A DNA stretch of 64,000 bases from Eledone cirrhosa. Taxonomy: Eukaryota. This document shows positions 26,760 through 42,834 of this stretch, piece after piece. Position 1 is the stretch's first letter. Every line of letters begins with the position of its first letter. The stretch lies in assembly GCA_964016885.1 (NCBI GenBank), contig OZ024747.1, positions 55,614,001 through 55,678,000 of the forward strand, given 5' to 3'. A program made the translations under genes and the position numbers. The notes below the pieces were generated by a model. It was not told the DNA's origin, searched no databases, and saw only the letters and a list, made by a program, of their open reading frames with translations.

Positions 26760-27025
26760 TATATACAATACTGTATATATAACTCATCATCATCATCACC
26801 ATTTAACGTCCATTTTTCCAGACTAGTACGGGTTTGCAAGTTGTGCTGTTGTAAGAAATGTCGGATGAGGTGACCATAAATTTCTAATACAGAACTGATT
26901 TGGGCTTTGTTTTTACCGTTGGATGCCCTTCTTAATGCCAACCACATTTACAGTGTGTACTGAGAGCTTTTAGTTGAGATTCCAGAAGACTACTTTGCTG
27001 GGTGGGCTGGTTTTATAATATAATT

Positions 27026-27325
27026 GAAAGGTTGTGACTTCAATTCTCAGACCGGGTGATGTGTTGTTTCCTTGAGCCAAACACTTTATTTCACATTGCT
27101 TCAGTTTACTCAGCTGTAGAAATGAGATGATAGGGACTGGTGTCCCTATCATTCCACTGCAAAGTGTTCGTGGAGGTGCCACGGCAAAAAAGCACCAAGC
27201 ACTCACTGTAAATGAGGTTGGTGTTAGGAAGGGCATCTAGCTGTAGAAATCAAGCCAGAATCAGTTCCCATCCCACCCTTGCAAGCAGGGAAAAAGTGGA
27301 CGTAAAATGAAATGATGATGATGAT
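27026..27325 (+). mobile_element. SINE family A, 5'-truncated, tail 1
   Basis: Matches family A from the B box onward. Confidence 0.9.
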
Positions 27326-28102
27326 AATATAGATATATATCAACTAGAAATAGGTTGACATATATATACATAAAATAAATACATGAAACAATCACAGGGA
27401 ATAATTTGTAAAGAATGTAAGCACACATAGCTAGGTAGGTAACTAATTAAAGTTTGACTAGAACTTCAAATATAGATACCTTTTAAAATGATTAATCTCT
27501 ATTTCTAGTTGATATGTAATGCTCGGATCTAATCTTTGAGCTTATTCTACTGTGGATATGGTGCATGTCTCTCAGATATGAAAACCCTTAATTTTAATTT
27601 TGGATATATATATATATATATATATATGAATGTATATATAGTGTATTTTGCAATACACTGTATGCTTAATTAAAAGCATTTCGAAGACCAATTCTAATTT
27701 TATATATATATATAAACTATATATACTATAAACTATATATATATAAACTATATATACTAAAGAAAACGTTTGTTATAGTTATTGATTATTATTGCTGTTG
27801 ATTTTGGTGCCATTGGTGTGTTGTGTTAGGCAGTGATGTTGGTATTTTGTTTATTGGTTGGGGTGGAGGTGTTGAGGTTGTTGTTGGTGTTGGTGGCACT
27901 TAGTGTTAATTGGTGTTGTTGGTTGGCAGTGATGTGAGTATTTTGGTTAAAGTTAGTGGTGAAGGTGTTGTGATTGTTGTTGCTGTTAGTGGGTGGTGTT
28001 GGTAATAGTGTTGATGTTAATATGTGTTCAAAGGAAGTGGGAAAGAGATTTCCTTAATCCTTTATGTTAGATTTAAAACAACAGCAATCCTAAATCAATT
28101 AA

Positions 28103-28323
28103 ACCTTTAGCATTTAAACCAACCATATCAGGTCAGAATTCTCACACCACTTTCTGTTCAAACCAACCATAACTAGCCACTCACACTTATGTTGAGGCAT
28201 TATTCTCAAAATAAATAATATAAAAATCTCATAGATTCGATATTATGTGAGATAATTATGTGAGGTAAAGCCTTTACCACAAAAATACAATAGTCTATAC
28301 AGAGTAATATAAAGGCGAAAGGG
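28103..28323. mobile_element. TTAA-flanked MITE (piggyBac type)
   Basis: TTAA|ACCTTTAGCATTTA ... GCGAAAGGG|TTAA; second copy at 51479-51698. Confidence 0.8.
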
Positions 28324-29298
28324 TTAAAACTAAAAGAACTTCTTCCTCTCATTTGCTGAATGGAAAGTTAATGGTGATGTTTTTGGTGTAGTTTGCAGTA
28401 AGCAGCAAAAGATTATGGAAATATAGATACAACTATGTGAGAGAGTTGTCTGTGTGCATGTGATTTATTAGTGTGTATGTTGTGTATGCTGTGAGTGAGT
28501 GTGCATGTTATGTGTGTGTGCATGAGTGCATGTTTGTGTGTGTGTGTGTTATGTATGCTGTGAGTGTGTTGTGCATTGTGTGTTTAATGTATGTGTTGTA
28601 TGCGTGTTTTATGCATATGTATAAATATACATTCATTTATGATTTACACATCAAATGGGAAAATAGTTTCATTAGAAAAAATTCCTCGTGCTATTCAGTT
28701 CTGCAAGAGTTACATCCCCTTATGGCCAGCTGAACTTTACGATTTTCCCTTCTGATCAGTTTGATAAAATAATTAGCAAATAAAAAGAAACTGATGTTGG
28801 TATAATCAATTAAAACAGCAGAATGGCAGTAACCCAAGAATTGGAACCAGGAAAATAATACAAGTATTGTAACAGCCTGGATTCCAAATATTAATCTTTA
28901 TTTCTAAACTAAGAACATTGATATACATTTTACTACACAAATACATGCTAATCCACTCCCAAACATACATCAAACACACAAACATAGATAACACACATGT
29001 ACATATACAAAACACACACACTACACACGCATACATATATGTACAACACTTATATACATATAACGTTTGTGGAAGCCTCTAAAATGTAGATGGTGGCATA
29101 ATGTAAAATCAGGTGGCACAAGGAATAAAGGTGGTAGGAGGAGGAATGGAGGAAATAGGAAAAAGAAATGTAAAATGAAATCCAAAGAATCGGTCATTTT
29201 CAGAATATGTTACGTGCAATTACAAATAAAACATGTTGAGATTTGAGCTGTTTCTTCATATAATCACTCTCCATATCACACCATGAACACTAGATCTT

Positions 29299-29745
29299 TT
29301 TCTTCTTGTTCTTTCACCAATTATTCCTGAGAGCGTTGTGAGGACAGAGTCCTCAAACATTCCTTCCAGCTGGTCCTGTCAGAAGCAACCCTCTCCAACT
29401 GATCTGGCTGGATTCCCAAGTGCGACCAGCCGAGCTTATGGATGTTATCCACCATCTTGCTCTTGCTCCACCCCTGGAACTACTGCCAGTTGGGTTTGCC
29501 CATAAAATCTATCCAGCCATTCTTTCCTGAGAAATTCTAACCTCATGCCCGTAATATCATAGCTGTGATCTCTCATTTTGGAGAAGTAGTGGCTCTAACT
29601 GGAGTGACTCTCTGATCTCTGAGCTACACACTTTATCGAGTAATGTTACTCCAAAGACGCTTCAGAGGAACCCCATTTTGGCCGCTTGTATTTGCGATGA
29701 TATTCTTTCAGCCATTGCATAAGATTCATGACCATAGGTATTAAT
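29299..29745 (-). mobile_element. Expander/Rex3-like RTE 3' fragment
   Basis: TYGHESYAMAERISSQIQAAKMGFL..GVTLLDKVCSSEIRESLQLEPLLL..ERSQL. Confidence 0.85.
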
Positions 29746-29986
29746 TCCTACATTGTAACACTGAAGCATTGAGGGTTGAAGAAGGTACCACCTGTAATAG
29801 TTAGTATTACACACCAGCTGACAGTAGATACACATATTTATAAATATACATATATATATATATACGTAAAAATATATATATGTAAAAATATAGTGAAAAA
29901 AAGTGTGGAATTAGAGAATGTTCTATACAGATCATGTTATATAAGGAAAATAATAATAAAAAAAGGGGTTCGAAAAGTGCAACTGG

Positions 29987-30009
<23 letters not shown>

Positions 30010-30018
<9 letters not shown>

Positions 30019-30727
30019 GAGAAGAAAGAAGAATACTGCATGGTTGCACATAGGTTACATATGATAAAAAAGTCCTTCGTCAGTGATTTTCCAGCCATCA
30101 TTGGTATTTCATCGCATTAAAAATCAGATACCTCAGGTTGGTGCGAGCAATAAATAAAAAAAGTTATTGGCACCAGTAATTCGCGTAAAGCGAGGGGGAC
30201 AAGTAAACAACATAGAAGGATAAAAGCAAACCGAAGATAGGAAAATAAACAAGCAACATGGTTGTCCGGTCAGCATAAGCTGGGTGGATTTCATGAGCGA
30301 GAGAGGTACAGACCGTCCGATGTGTGTGAGATGTAAGCAAGAAGAGACCCACTACAAGCCAAACGGGAGGAAGTGAGAAGGGGAGAAACAGAGAGTGAGT
30401 GAGTGGAAGTGTGAGGAAAAGGTCAGTCGAGAGAAAGTGTAACTGACAGAGGGGGCGAAAGAAGGTGAGAGAAACAGAGAGAGCGGGGAAGCAGTAAGAG
30501 AGAAACAGACAAACACAGTCGAGGTAAATATATATAAAAAAGATGAGAAGAAAGAAGAATACTGCGTGGTTGCACATAGGTTACATATGATAAAAAAGTC
30601 CTTCATCAGTGATTTTCCAACCATCATTGGTATTTCATCGCATTAAAAATCAGATACCGCAAGTTGGTGCGAGCAATAACTAAAAAAAGTTATTAATACC
30701 AGTAATTCGCGTAAAGCGAGGGGGACA
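30010..30727. mobile_element. Non-coding element with ~195-bp direct terminal repeats, embedded in (TA)n (PLE-like partial tandem)
   Basis: 30010-30201 repeated at ~30535-30727 with few mismatches; TA tracts on both sides. Confidence 0.7.
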
Positions 30728-30744
30728 TATATATATAAAAGGGT

Positions 30745-30872
30745 GTTTATAACATGTATAAAAAGAAATTGATGTTAGCAATGCCTGCTTTTTCCATTTT
30801 GGATCTTCAAAACATTTGCTATTAAGTTAAATTGTTTCTTCGTTAAAACTCCTGCATGCTGACTTTCGACTA
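30745..30872 (+). repeat. Unclassified dispersed repeat, second copy at ~48488-48612
   Basis: TTTATAACATGTA..ATGTTAGCAA.GCCTGCTTT.TCCATTTTGG..TCAAAACATTTG..TTAAAACTCCT.CATGCTGA shared. Confidence 0.8.
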
Positions 30873-31193
30873 CATTAAAAAAAACACTGAATTCATTCTG
30901 CATAGGGAGTTCATTCTGCATTAGGAAAGACATCCAGTCACAGAAACTATGCTAAAATTTGAATGTATTGAAGTGAATAGTCCCCTGACATGTCTAGGAA
31001 ATGTGTGACTCTGATAGACTTGCTCTCTAATGACGTATCCAGCTAATGTCAGCATAGAAAATTTGGACATAAAATGATGAGGACATATCTGGTCATCTGG
31101 GTCCTCCAGCCTCACGGTGACAAGCCCTGATGACATATATTTATATATATGTGTGTGTGTGAGTGTGTATATATATATAAATATAAATATATA

Positions 31194-31240
<47 letters not shown>

Positions 31241-31891
31241 ACACATATATCATCATCATTTTACGTCCACTATATGTATATACATACATACATATGTATA
31301 TATTTATATTCACACACTCATGGCAGTGGACGATGGTAGAGAAAACAATGAAAGTCTAGATAAAGAGTAGAAAAGAAAGCCTAGAATGTAAGCAGGCTAT
31401 ACTAAGTGATAAGTTAATTATTAATCTGTTATGGCTGTAATCATTATTGAGCTCCCCAGTGTAGTAGAACCCTATAATAAGGGATAAAACCTCTGTAGAT
31501 AAGGGCGCCATCTGGGATTAGATGTGATATGATTACTAGCCTATTATTCTATCAGTTTGCTTGCTGATAAATGCTGTAAATAGTTATCAATGTGTTTCAC
31601 AAGCTAAAGATTCTAGAAATATCCATCCATATTTTATAGCAATGTAAAAACTCTTTCTTAGATACACATCATCATCATCTTCATCACCATTGCAATCATC
31701 GTAAACATCGTTATTTTCATAATTATTATTTTGTTATTGTTGTTATTTGTAATTTTATTTTTTTTTATTGTCCTTCGTGACTCCACTGTTTACAATTTAC
31801 AATTTAGCCACAGAAATATTTGCTGACCAACCACCAAATTGAATAAACACAATTCCTATTTCTGCTGTGTTTTATTGTTGCTGATGTTGCT

Positions 31892-31892
<1 letters not shown>

Positions 31893-31966
<74 letters not shown>
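31893..31966. repeat. (ATT)n microsatellite
   Basis: Direct reading. Confidence 0.95.
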
Positions 31967-32529
31967 GTGTTGTTGTTGTTTGTATTGTTGTTAGTATTGT
32001 TTCAATACAAATGGATAGATGTAAAGATAAAAACAATCTTTCATATAACATATTTGTGTATATGGATAGGCATATGTGTCTAAGTGGAGTGTGAATGTTA
32101 TATTTCTATATATATATATATATATATTTCGGTGTGCGTATATTTTCTATATCTACCTCCTTGTACACACACATTTACACAAACACATAGATATGTATAT
32201 CATCATACTAAATTTTCACCCGTTTTCCAATTGGTATATATATATATATATATATATATACTTACACACACACACACACACACACGGGTGTGTGTGCATG
32301 TGTTTCTGTGTGTGAGTATAACCACACATACACACAACCACACACGCATATATATATATGTATGTATGTACACTTGTATATATATATATATATATATTTA
32401 CATGTATATATATATATTTATATATTTACATGTATATATATATTCATATATATATACATATATATATATGTACAAGTGTACATACATACATATATATATA
32501 TATACATATATACAATTGTACATACATAC

Positions 32530-32560
<31 letters not shown>

Positions 32561-32577
32561 CAAGTGTACATACATAC

Positions 32578-32617
<40 letters not shown>

Positions 32618-33051
32618 TGGCACTCATAAGTATACATTTACTATTCACATACATGCACACATAACACATACACAGAGATCTATCCACAGATCTATATACA
32701 AATGTATGATTGTATTGATTTAATCTTTATTGTTCATCAATTTGTGAACTCATATGACTTCTATATACATATTTTTCCTTGTATTCATCAAACACAATTA
32801 CTATCTCATCACCATCTGTATCACTTTCTCTCTCTTCCTTTGACCCCTTCTCATATTTTACCTCTTCTACTTCCTATTTCTTCTTTTCTCATTCTCTCTC
32901 TCTCCCTCTCTACATATATATATATATCCCTTTGTCTCCATCTATCATACAAATGTACCTGGATCCTTTGAATTATTTTCAAAAGGGAAATATAGCAAGA
33001 ATATTATACATTGCCAAAAGTCTTTGTCGTCGACTATTAAAGACATTTTGT

Positions 33052-33692
<641 letters not shown>

Positions 33693-33695
33693 ATA

Positions 33696-33745
<50 letters not shown>

Positions 33746-33814
33746 CATATATATACATATATATATATACATATATATATATATACATATATATATATAC
33801 ATATATATATATAC

Positions 33815-33861
<47 letters not shown>

Positions 33862-34408
33862 ATAATCTCCCGTAAGGTTGAGATTAAATTTGGCGATATT
33901 TGGCTGCGCTTTCGAGCGACAGGCCTACACGCCGTCAACAGCCTATCACATTCTTTCCAACTTGACCACGGCCATAGTGTGATTCTTAGCCATTTTTTAA
34001 TCCAATTTTGGCGCGATCGGCTTGGAATACTAAGTGTCTATTTTTTAGTTTATCTCCTGATGATTCCGAACTCAATGGATTTCCTATTAATAGGATATCT
34101 AAAAATACGGATGAAACCATGGTAGAGATGGTATGTACACAGTTCTTCTATGTTTGATTTTACACCGAATGGCATATGGTTAATTATGTACTTGGTTAAT
34201 TTATACATGCTGTCGAAATGTTGGATAAATAACCTGCTGTGGATAACGCGAAGTACCCACTCTCGTTTGTTTGTCGGAGATTTCTTCATAGGAGCTTTTA
34301 TTCTCATTGCTTAGTATAATTGATTTCTTATATGGTTGATTGTGCTGTTTGGCAGAGGAAATGGAGTATATATTTTGTTTATCTAATAATTCTGTAGACA
34401 TGATTTAT

Positions 34409-34410
<2 letters not shown>
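33862..34410 (-). repeat. Unclassified TA-flanked repeat, homologous to 12362-12650
   Basis: See 12362 entry. Confidence 0.65.
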
Positions 34411-34444
<34 letters not shown>

Positions 34445-34449
<5 letters not shown>

Positions 34450-34986
34450 ATGTTGAAAAGGTAACACACCAGATAGAGATATACAGTGCGCTATCAATAA
34501 AACAGGGAAAAAACCACCAGTGTATGGAATCTATAACCTATGAAAGGCAGACTATAGACACGATAATTAAACATATAAATTAAAGTGTAAATAAATACCT
34601 CTATAACTATATAACACACGTACAAATCCAAAGATATGTTTCGCCAGTAATTTGTTGACAGAAATGGAATAACCTCGGTTCATCAACGTGTGTAAGGCTA
34701 TACATTTCAGATAACACTAAGAGAATTTTAAAAGTGACTGTCCAGCTACACGTGGGAGAGAGACGTCACAGCGTGTTTAAGGGCAGTGAACCAGTGGCCT
34801 CTGAGGGACGAGCTGCTAGAAAGGGCAGCCCAAAACCACTCAGAGATGTGTGCTCAACCAAACAGAGAGATAGGAAAGACTGTTATAAGGAGCGAAATAT
34901 CACGATAAATTAACGGAGCCATAGGCCCTCGCCATTCCCTGTAAATAATGTGTGAGGGTCTATGGCTCCGTTAATTTATCGTGATA
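34445..34986 (-). mobile_element. PLE-like fragment with terminal 33-bp fold-back
   Basis: TA-flanked; inverted arms 34898-34930 / 34954-34986; degenerate TTGATGA...CGAAAC on minus strand. Confidence 0.55.
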
Positions 34987-35052
34987 CATATATATATATA
35001 TATATATACACATATATATGTGAGTATGTTATGTTTGTGATTATATATATAT

Positions 35053-35385
35053 AGGAGGCACATGGCTTAGTGGTTAGAGAATTGGCCTTGCAATCGAAAG
35101 GTTGTAAGTTCAATTCTCAGACCGGGTGATGTGTTGTTTCCTTGAGCAAGACACTTTATTTCATATTGCTCTAGTTTACTCAGCTGTAGAAATGAGATGA
35201 TAGGGACTGGGTTCCCTATCATTCCACTGCAAAGTGGTCGTGGAGGTGCCACGGCAAAAAAGCAACCAGCCCACACTATAAAGTGAATGTGTAGGCGCCA
35301 CGGAAAAATATCCAGCTGTAGAAATCAAGCCAGAATAAGTTCCCATCCCACCTTTGCAAGCAGAGAAATCGGACGTAAAATGATG
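35053..35385 (+). mobile_element. SINE family A, tail 1
   Basis: Full head and body. Confidence 0.9.
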
Positions 35386-36239
35386 AAAAAAAAAAAATAT
35401 ATATATATATATGTATACACATATATGTGTGTGTATGTTATGTTTGTGATTATATATATATATATATGTATAAGTATGTATATACCAATCCATACAAGCA
35501 TGGAAAAGTGGAAAAGTGGATGTAAAAATGACGATGATGATGATGATGACAATATACATGTGTGTACATATAAACCCTAAATGTCAAAGCAGTACCTTCA
35601 TCTTGGCTTCCCTGGATGAGCTAAATAAAATAATTGTCAACTTTGTTTTGGAATTTGACTAGAAATAAATGGTTCAATGTCAGGCTACCTTCCAGGCCAG
35701 CCAAAATAGAATGGAGATTCTGTTGGAACTTAAGCCATCACTGTACATATAATTTGAGCAGAAACTGTTGTAAACTGTCATTTGGTGTAATGGTAACATC
35801 CTTTACTGAATTCTGAGAAACATGGTCTTCAGTTGTTCATCATTTCACTTTCACTTATTATTGTGTACGTATGTAATATGCCTGAATTATTTATATATCA
35901 TTTTCACAAGTAAATTATGAAATACAGCAGTCATATTGAACATGTATCAGTTTGGCAGCGTTTTATACACCAATTCACCATAAATGCTGGAGAAAACCAT
36001 TTCCTTTCTTTCATGAAATATAATGTCACTTGAGAAATCCTTGAGAATTCTATTAGACTGAGTATGTTTTTATTAAGCATAAAATCGGTTCTGTATGAGG
36101 ATGACATGGCCACCTGAGCTAGCATTGCTCACAACAGGATAACTCACCTAACCCATAGCAGCATCGAAAAATGGATGTTAAATGGTGATGATGATGATGA
36201 TGATGATATGGTGGGATTCACAAGATATTGGTTAATGAG

Positions 36240-36335
36240 AGGCTAGAGTAGAAGACACATGTCTAAGATGCCATGCAGTGAAACCAAACCTAAACCACAA
36301 GGTTGTGAAGTGAACTCCTTAACCACACAGCCATA
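36240..36335 (-). mobile_element. SINE family C head (old)
   Basis: ATGGCTGTGTGGTTAAGGAGTT...CACTGCATGGCATCTTAGACATGTGTCTTCTACTCTAGCCTC; related copies at ~51330-51420, 55075-55230, 58655-58780 (plus). Confidence 0.65.
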
Positions 36336-37504
36336 TTTGCACCTTTTCTTATTTTCTTATTTTGTTACAACTGTCATACAAATTAATGGGACAGAATAGA
36401 AAGTCACCATTGTTGCATAATGGAATAGAATAAAATGGAAGAGAATAGATTAGATTAGAATTTCTTTGCCATAGTCACATGTAGTTGTAGCAGTTTATGT
36501 GTATTAAAATGTCTGTTGATAGAGGACCTAAAAGGATGTACAGAGGACAAAGGAGGGTAAATGTATATTTTCATAAAATAGCCTTAAACTTGCAATAAAA
36601 CAGCAGAATTCAGAAAGAAAACATGAAGAAAATTATTCTATCTACTGAATATGAATGGTAGGAAAAAGATGTTGTATAAATAGTCTTGGCAATTTTTTTT
36701 TACTTTATAATCTTTTTTCTTTTAAATTGGGATTTTTATGGCTTACCTATCTGGTCATGAACACCATCATAAATCCAACTGACACCATGGAAATGCTATA
36801 ATATTGTGTGAATTTACATTTAACCAAAATAGATAGCTTAGATAGCATGGACAAACAACAAAAATATATCTAAGCAGAGGCATTAAATATGAAATATCGG
36901 TTTTCTGCAGTAGTTTTGTAATAGATCACTTATTCAGGTTATGTATAGTAGCACAAAGGCCAAGGAATGTTTCTAAATGTATTAATGTGATGGTGTTTGA
37001 GGTTTTAAGGACTAAAACCTAGATCCTGAATGTCAAAAGATGATAGGTTGTGAGAAGAATGGTTAAATTCCTCAGCATTGTAAAAATACAACAAAGTATC
37101 ATTGGCTTAAATCGATGTGGATTCTAACACACTTAATATATCGCGCACACCTATAGCAAAAACAAAATTAATAAATTTAAATTACACCCATAATGAAAAG
37201 AATGTCGGCAATGTAATTTATTTTGTAAGTTTTTTTTTATATGAAATAGTGTTGAAACAGATATTTTTATGTTTGATGAGGGTCATGTTGTTCTAATATT
37301 GTCAAAAATTGTAAAACATTCTCTGTTTGGTTTGGTTTTCATTTCAGTATATTTTCATAATTTTGCGTAAAGCTGATAATCAACATGACCGTCCTCAAAT
37401 ATAAGAATAGAATGTCATTAGCATAAATGCTAATTCTTGTCAAGGGGCATAAACCCAAATCCAAAATTGTGCCTGATAGAAAATATTATTATCATTAATA
37501 AGGA

Positions 37505-37825
37505 TGAAAAGTTAACTTTGCTTTCATCCTTACGGGTGTCGAAAAAATAAAGTACCAGTAATGAACTGGGTAATTGCTGGCTTTGTGCCAAAAGTAGAAA
37601 CAATTATCATTAATAAGGGTGGTGCTATTGGCAGTATCAATAGAGTGTTGAACAATATACTTTGCAGCATATAATTACACTCCTTTACTTTCTGAGTTCA
37701 AATTCTGCTTCTCAACGTTACTGGATCGATAAAATAAAGTACTTCTCACACACTGGGGGTCGATTTAATCGACTTTCCTTTCCCCCCAAATTGCTGGCCT
37801 TGTGCCTATAGAAGAAATCATTATT
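37505..37825 (+). mobile_element. Two tandem SINE B copies
   Basis: Nin-like block at 37510-37560; second copy starts ~37617. Confidence 0.8.
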
Positions 37826-38024
37826 GATAATGTTGTTCTTGTCATTTCTTTTTACCATTGATATATGTATTTTTATAATGCTCCAAATAGAAAGTAGTGT
37901 TTACCAGTATTACTTGTTTAAAAAAAGTTCTTTTCAATTATTGTAAGACCTTTAGAATAATTGAATGTCAACTCTAGTGATCTAGGCTGATAAATATGGC
38001 TTGTTGGGAGACATTTAAATTGTA

Positions 38025-38222
38025 ATAATAATGATAATAATTGTTTCTACTTTTTGGCACAAGGCCAGCAATTATCCCAGTGTATTACTGGTACTTTATT
38101 TTATCGACACCGTAAGGATGAAAGGCAAAGTTAACCTCGGCGGGAATTGAACTCAGTCCGTAAAGGGACGTAACTCTGCTTGAAAGCATAGCGTCGACCG
38201 TCTACCGATACTGCCAATCCAC
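38025..38222 (-). mobile_element. SINE family B
   Basis: Consensus match, (AAT)n flanks. Confidence 0.9.
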
Positions 38223-38417
38223 AATAATGAAAATCATTGTGTACAGTGCTCAGGTGCACTACAACTCATCAAAGGTACATGTATAGTACATAGAATAATG
38301 TACAAATGTCAGGAAAGTGAAAGTGTATTTTTGCAGAAACGTATTTTGATTGCTTCTTACTTTCTTAGATTCCCTGTTATTCCTATCAAGGTGGCATGTC
38401 ATCAACAACTTAACAGC

Positions 38418-38738
38418 TACTCTCAGGTCTTGAACAAGGCCCCTCCATCCTGCTGCTTATTAATTTTTTAGATTTTGTCCAACCCCTCTGCTTATTATAT
38501 TTTGCTAAACATTCTCCCATGAAATTTTATTGTAAATGATTCATATCAATACAGTAGCTAGAGAATCTAATAATAATTTTATTTTACATTAGAAAAAACA
38601 TTGTATAAGTTAAAATAAAGAAAATTACAAGAAATCTCATATTTACAAATGTACACTATACAATTATCGACTCCCTCCCCCACTTATAAAAAAATAAGCA
38701 AATGTCGAGCCCTGCCCATTATTTGGGACTCAAGAGTA
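38418..38738. mobile_element. TA-flanked MITE, copy 2
   Basis: TACTCTCAGGTCTTGAACAA ... TTATTTGGGACTCAAGAGTA; colinear with 13867-14209. Confidence 0.8.
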
Positions 38739-39203
38739 CTTAATTTATTAGCAGTTAAAGAAAAGAAAACAAAACCTAGAACATTCTAATAGGACACTTC
38801 ACTTATAATCAGGATAATGATCAACAGAAGACTTAGAAGTGTATCAAGATTCTACCCATCTTGGAAAGAAGAAGAAAGAGACTTCTATGAGTCGTACATT
38901 TAAAGAAAGAAACAACTAGAATAGGCTCTTCTCTTCTTACAGGATGAGAATTACTAAAAAGATGAGACACGTGATTAGTAACTCTAAGACAAGGAACAAG
39001 TGATGAAAGTTTTGTAGTAGTTGAATATGTTTATATGCAGGGTGCCAACGGGAGGTGTTAGCCACAAAGATGGCATGTTAAAAATTTGTGAAATATTTTG
39101 AAAAAACCAAACAACTTTTTTACCCTTTCATTACTGAATTTCTAATGAAAAACACTGCGTATAAATTTTGAATACCAACATTATATCAAAATTATGATAG
39201 AAG

Positions 39204-39425
39204 CTTCTTCTTCTACTATATCTTCTTCTTCTTCGCCTGCTTATTCCTGAGGGGGTCATGGGGCAGAGTTATCAAACACACCTTCCAGTAGGTCTTGTCA
39301 GAAGCAATCGTCTCCAACTGATCTGGCTGGATCCCCAAGCAAGACCAGCCAAGCAAAAGGATGTTATCCAAACATGCTGCTTGCAGTCTACATCTGGATC
39401 TCCTGCCAGTTGGTTTTGCCCATAT
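39204..39425 (-). mobile_element. Expander-like RTE 3' fragment, (AAG)n tail
   Basis: Homologous to 9456-9726. Confidence 0.8.
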
Positions 39426-39482
39426 GATGGAAGCATTTTACATAAATACTAACATTTTAAAACAAACAGTTACATATTGGAG

Positions 39483-39693
39483 AATAAGGTATAATTGTTT
39501 CTACTTTAGGCACAAGGCCAGCAATTACTCAGTACATTACTGGTACTTTATTTTATCAACCCCGTAAGGATGAAAGGCAAAGTTAACCTCGGCGGGATTT
39601 GAACTCAGATCGTTAAAGGATGTAACTCTTTGCTGGAAAGCATGGCGTCCAACCCTCTACCGATACTGCCAATCCACCTTAATAAGGTATAAT
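39483..39693 (-). mobile_element. SINE family B with 13-bp TSD
   Basis: AATAAGGTATAAT at 39483-39495 and 39681-39693. Confidence 0.92.
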
Positions 39694-39956
39694 GCCAGGA
39701 GGTTTGGTATCAAAACGGTTAAAGACAAAAATATAAACAGAAATTATAAACAGAAATAAATAACAGCTAAACAAACTTGTATAAGTATGAATAGGGACAA
39801 GTAAAATTTAGACAGAAGTAAATGGGGAATATGTCATTGCAATAACTACTACACAATTAATGATAATAACAACATGACAAAAACACATCCTTTGCTAGAT
39901 TTGGAAGCCAAATAGGAACATTGGATATAGGACAACACTAAGTAAAGTATGGAATG

Positions 39957-39987
<31 letters not shown>

Positions 39988-40064
39988 AATATAACCAGGA
40001 ATGAAGGTACATCTGTAATGGATTAAACAAGGCAATACATATTTTAAGTTTGCATAGTTAGATA

Positions 40065-40121
<57 letters not shown>

Positions 40122-40469
40122 AGAAAGAGAGAGAGAGGGGGGGGAAGAGAGGGAGAGAGGGGGGGAGACAATAGATATGAATAAATGTGCATAAAATATG
40201 TATTACATCTCTCATTGCTTTGCAGCATACAAACACACAACACACTCATTCACACACAAACATACATACACACATACATTACATACATACATACGTACAT
40301 ACACTATATATACATATATATATTTGTGTGTGTGTTTATATGTATGTATACTTATGCTAAAAAAAGATGAAAACCAATTCATTCATATATTTTCCGAGAT
40401 ATGCACGTTTCATGACACAAAAAATATAAACCCATAACACAACAGTTTGAGATATGCATATAAAAACAT

Positions 40470-41758
<1,289 letters not shown>

Positions 41759-42416
41759 TAACAGTATGTATGTATACAGTATATTATATATATTATGTAT
41801 ATAATTAGGTATGTAGATTTAGTATGTGGTTGTGTAAGAAGCAGGTGGAGGTGGGAATTGTGGGTGGTTTATATAAGAGAATGGTTTTACATGGACTTGT
41901 TCCTCCATATTGCCAAGCCAATTGTATATAGCTGTAAATAATTGCTTTATCAATGTTGTTCTTGGTCTATCATGTATTTATACAATAACATTATGGATAG
42001 ATGGGACAAGACATGCGGGGTAGGGAGAGGAGAGAGAGATTGAAGTATAGGGGTAGGAATGAGGGCTGTGTTGTAATGTAGAAAGGAAAGCAGTTGGGGT
42101 AATATAAAGAGGTGGTTGTAGTGAAATGAAAGTGAGATTCTGTGATGAACAAACTGACAGCCCATCACCCATCACTGCCACTTTTCATCAGCATCAGCAT
42201 CACAACCAGCACCATTGCCACTATTGCAGTTTCTGCCACCACTGCCATCACTCACCCCACCCTCATTCGGAAACAGCGGATATGTTGTTGTCATACACAT
42301 GTTTACACACCAAAACCTGATTATATATATATGCATATATATATTTATGTGTGTGTGTGTTCATGACTATATATATAAATGCATACATATATGCATATAA
42401 TGTGTGTATGTGTATG

Positions 42417-42449
<33 letters not shown>

Positions 42450-42452
42450 GGG

Positions 42453-42483
<31 letters not shown>

Positions 42484-42602
42484 GTAGATATATAGATATC
42501 TTTCTTTATTTGCCACAGGAGAGTACAAAAATGGGACATTACAAGACATGACAGCGGGGGTTTTACATAAATATCATATAACTTTAACATTAATAAATAA
42601 CA

Positions 42603-42826
42603 ATAAACTATATATAATTGTTTCTACTTTAGGCACAAGGCCAGCAATTACCCAGTGCATTACTGGTACTTTATTTTATCGACCCCGTAAGGATGAAAGG
42701 CAAAGTCAACCTCGGCGGGATTTGAACTCAGATCGTAAAGGGACGTAACTATGCTGGAAAGCATGGCGTTCGACCCTCTACTGATACTGCCAATCCACCG
42801 CCCAATATGTATAAACTATATATAAT
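42603..42826 (-). mobile_element. SINE family B with 16-bp TSD
   Basis: ATAAACTATATATAAT at 42603-42618 and 42811-42826. Confidence 0.92.
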
Positions 42827-42834
42827 AAAATAAC

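Noticed and set aside
34625-34693. Minus-strand TTGATGA...CGAAAC
   Set aside because: Core and stems degenerate; at most a dead relic.
38770-39010. Possible ancient LINE RT remnant
   Set aside because: No motif recoverable with confidence.
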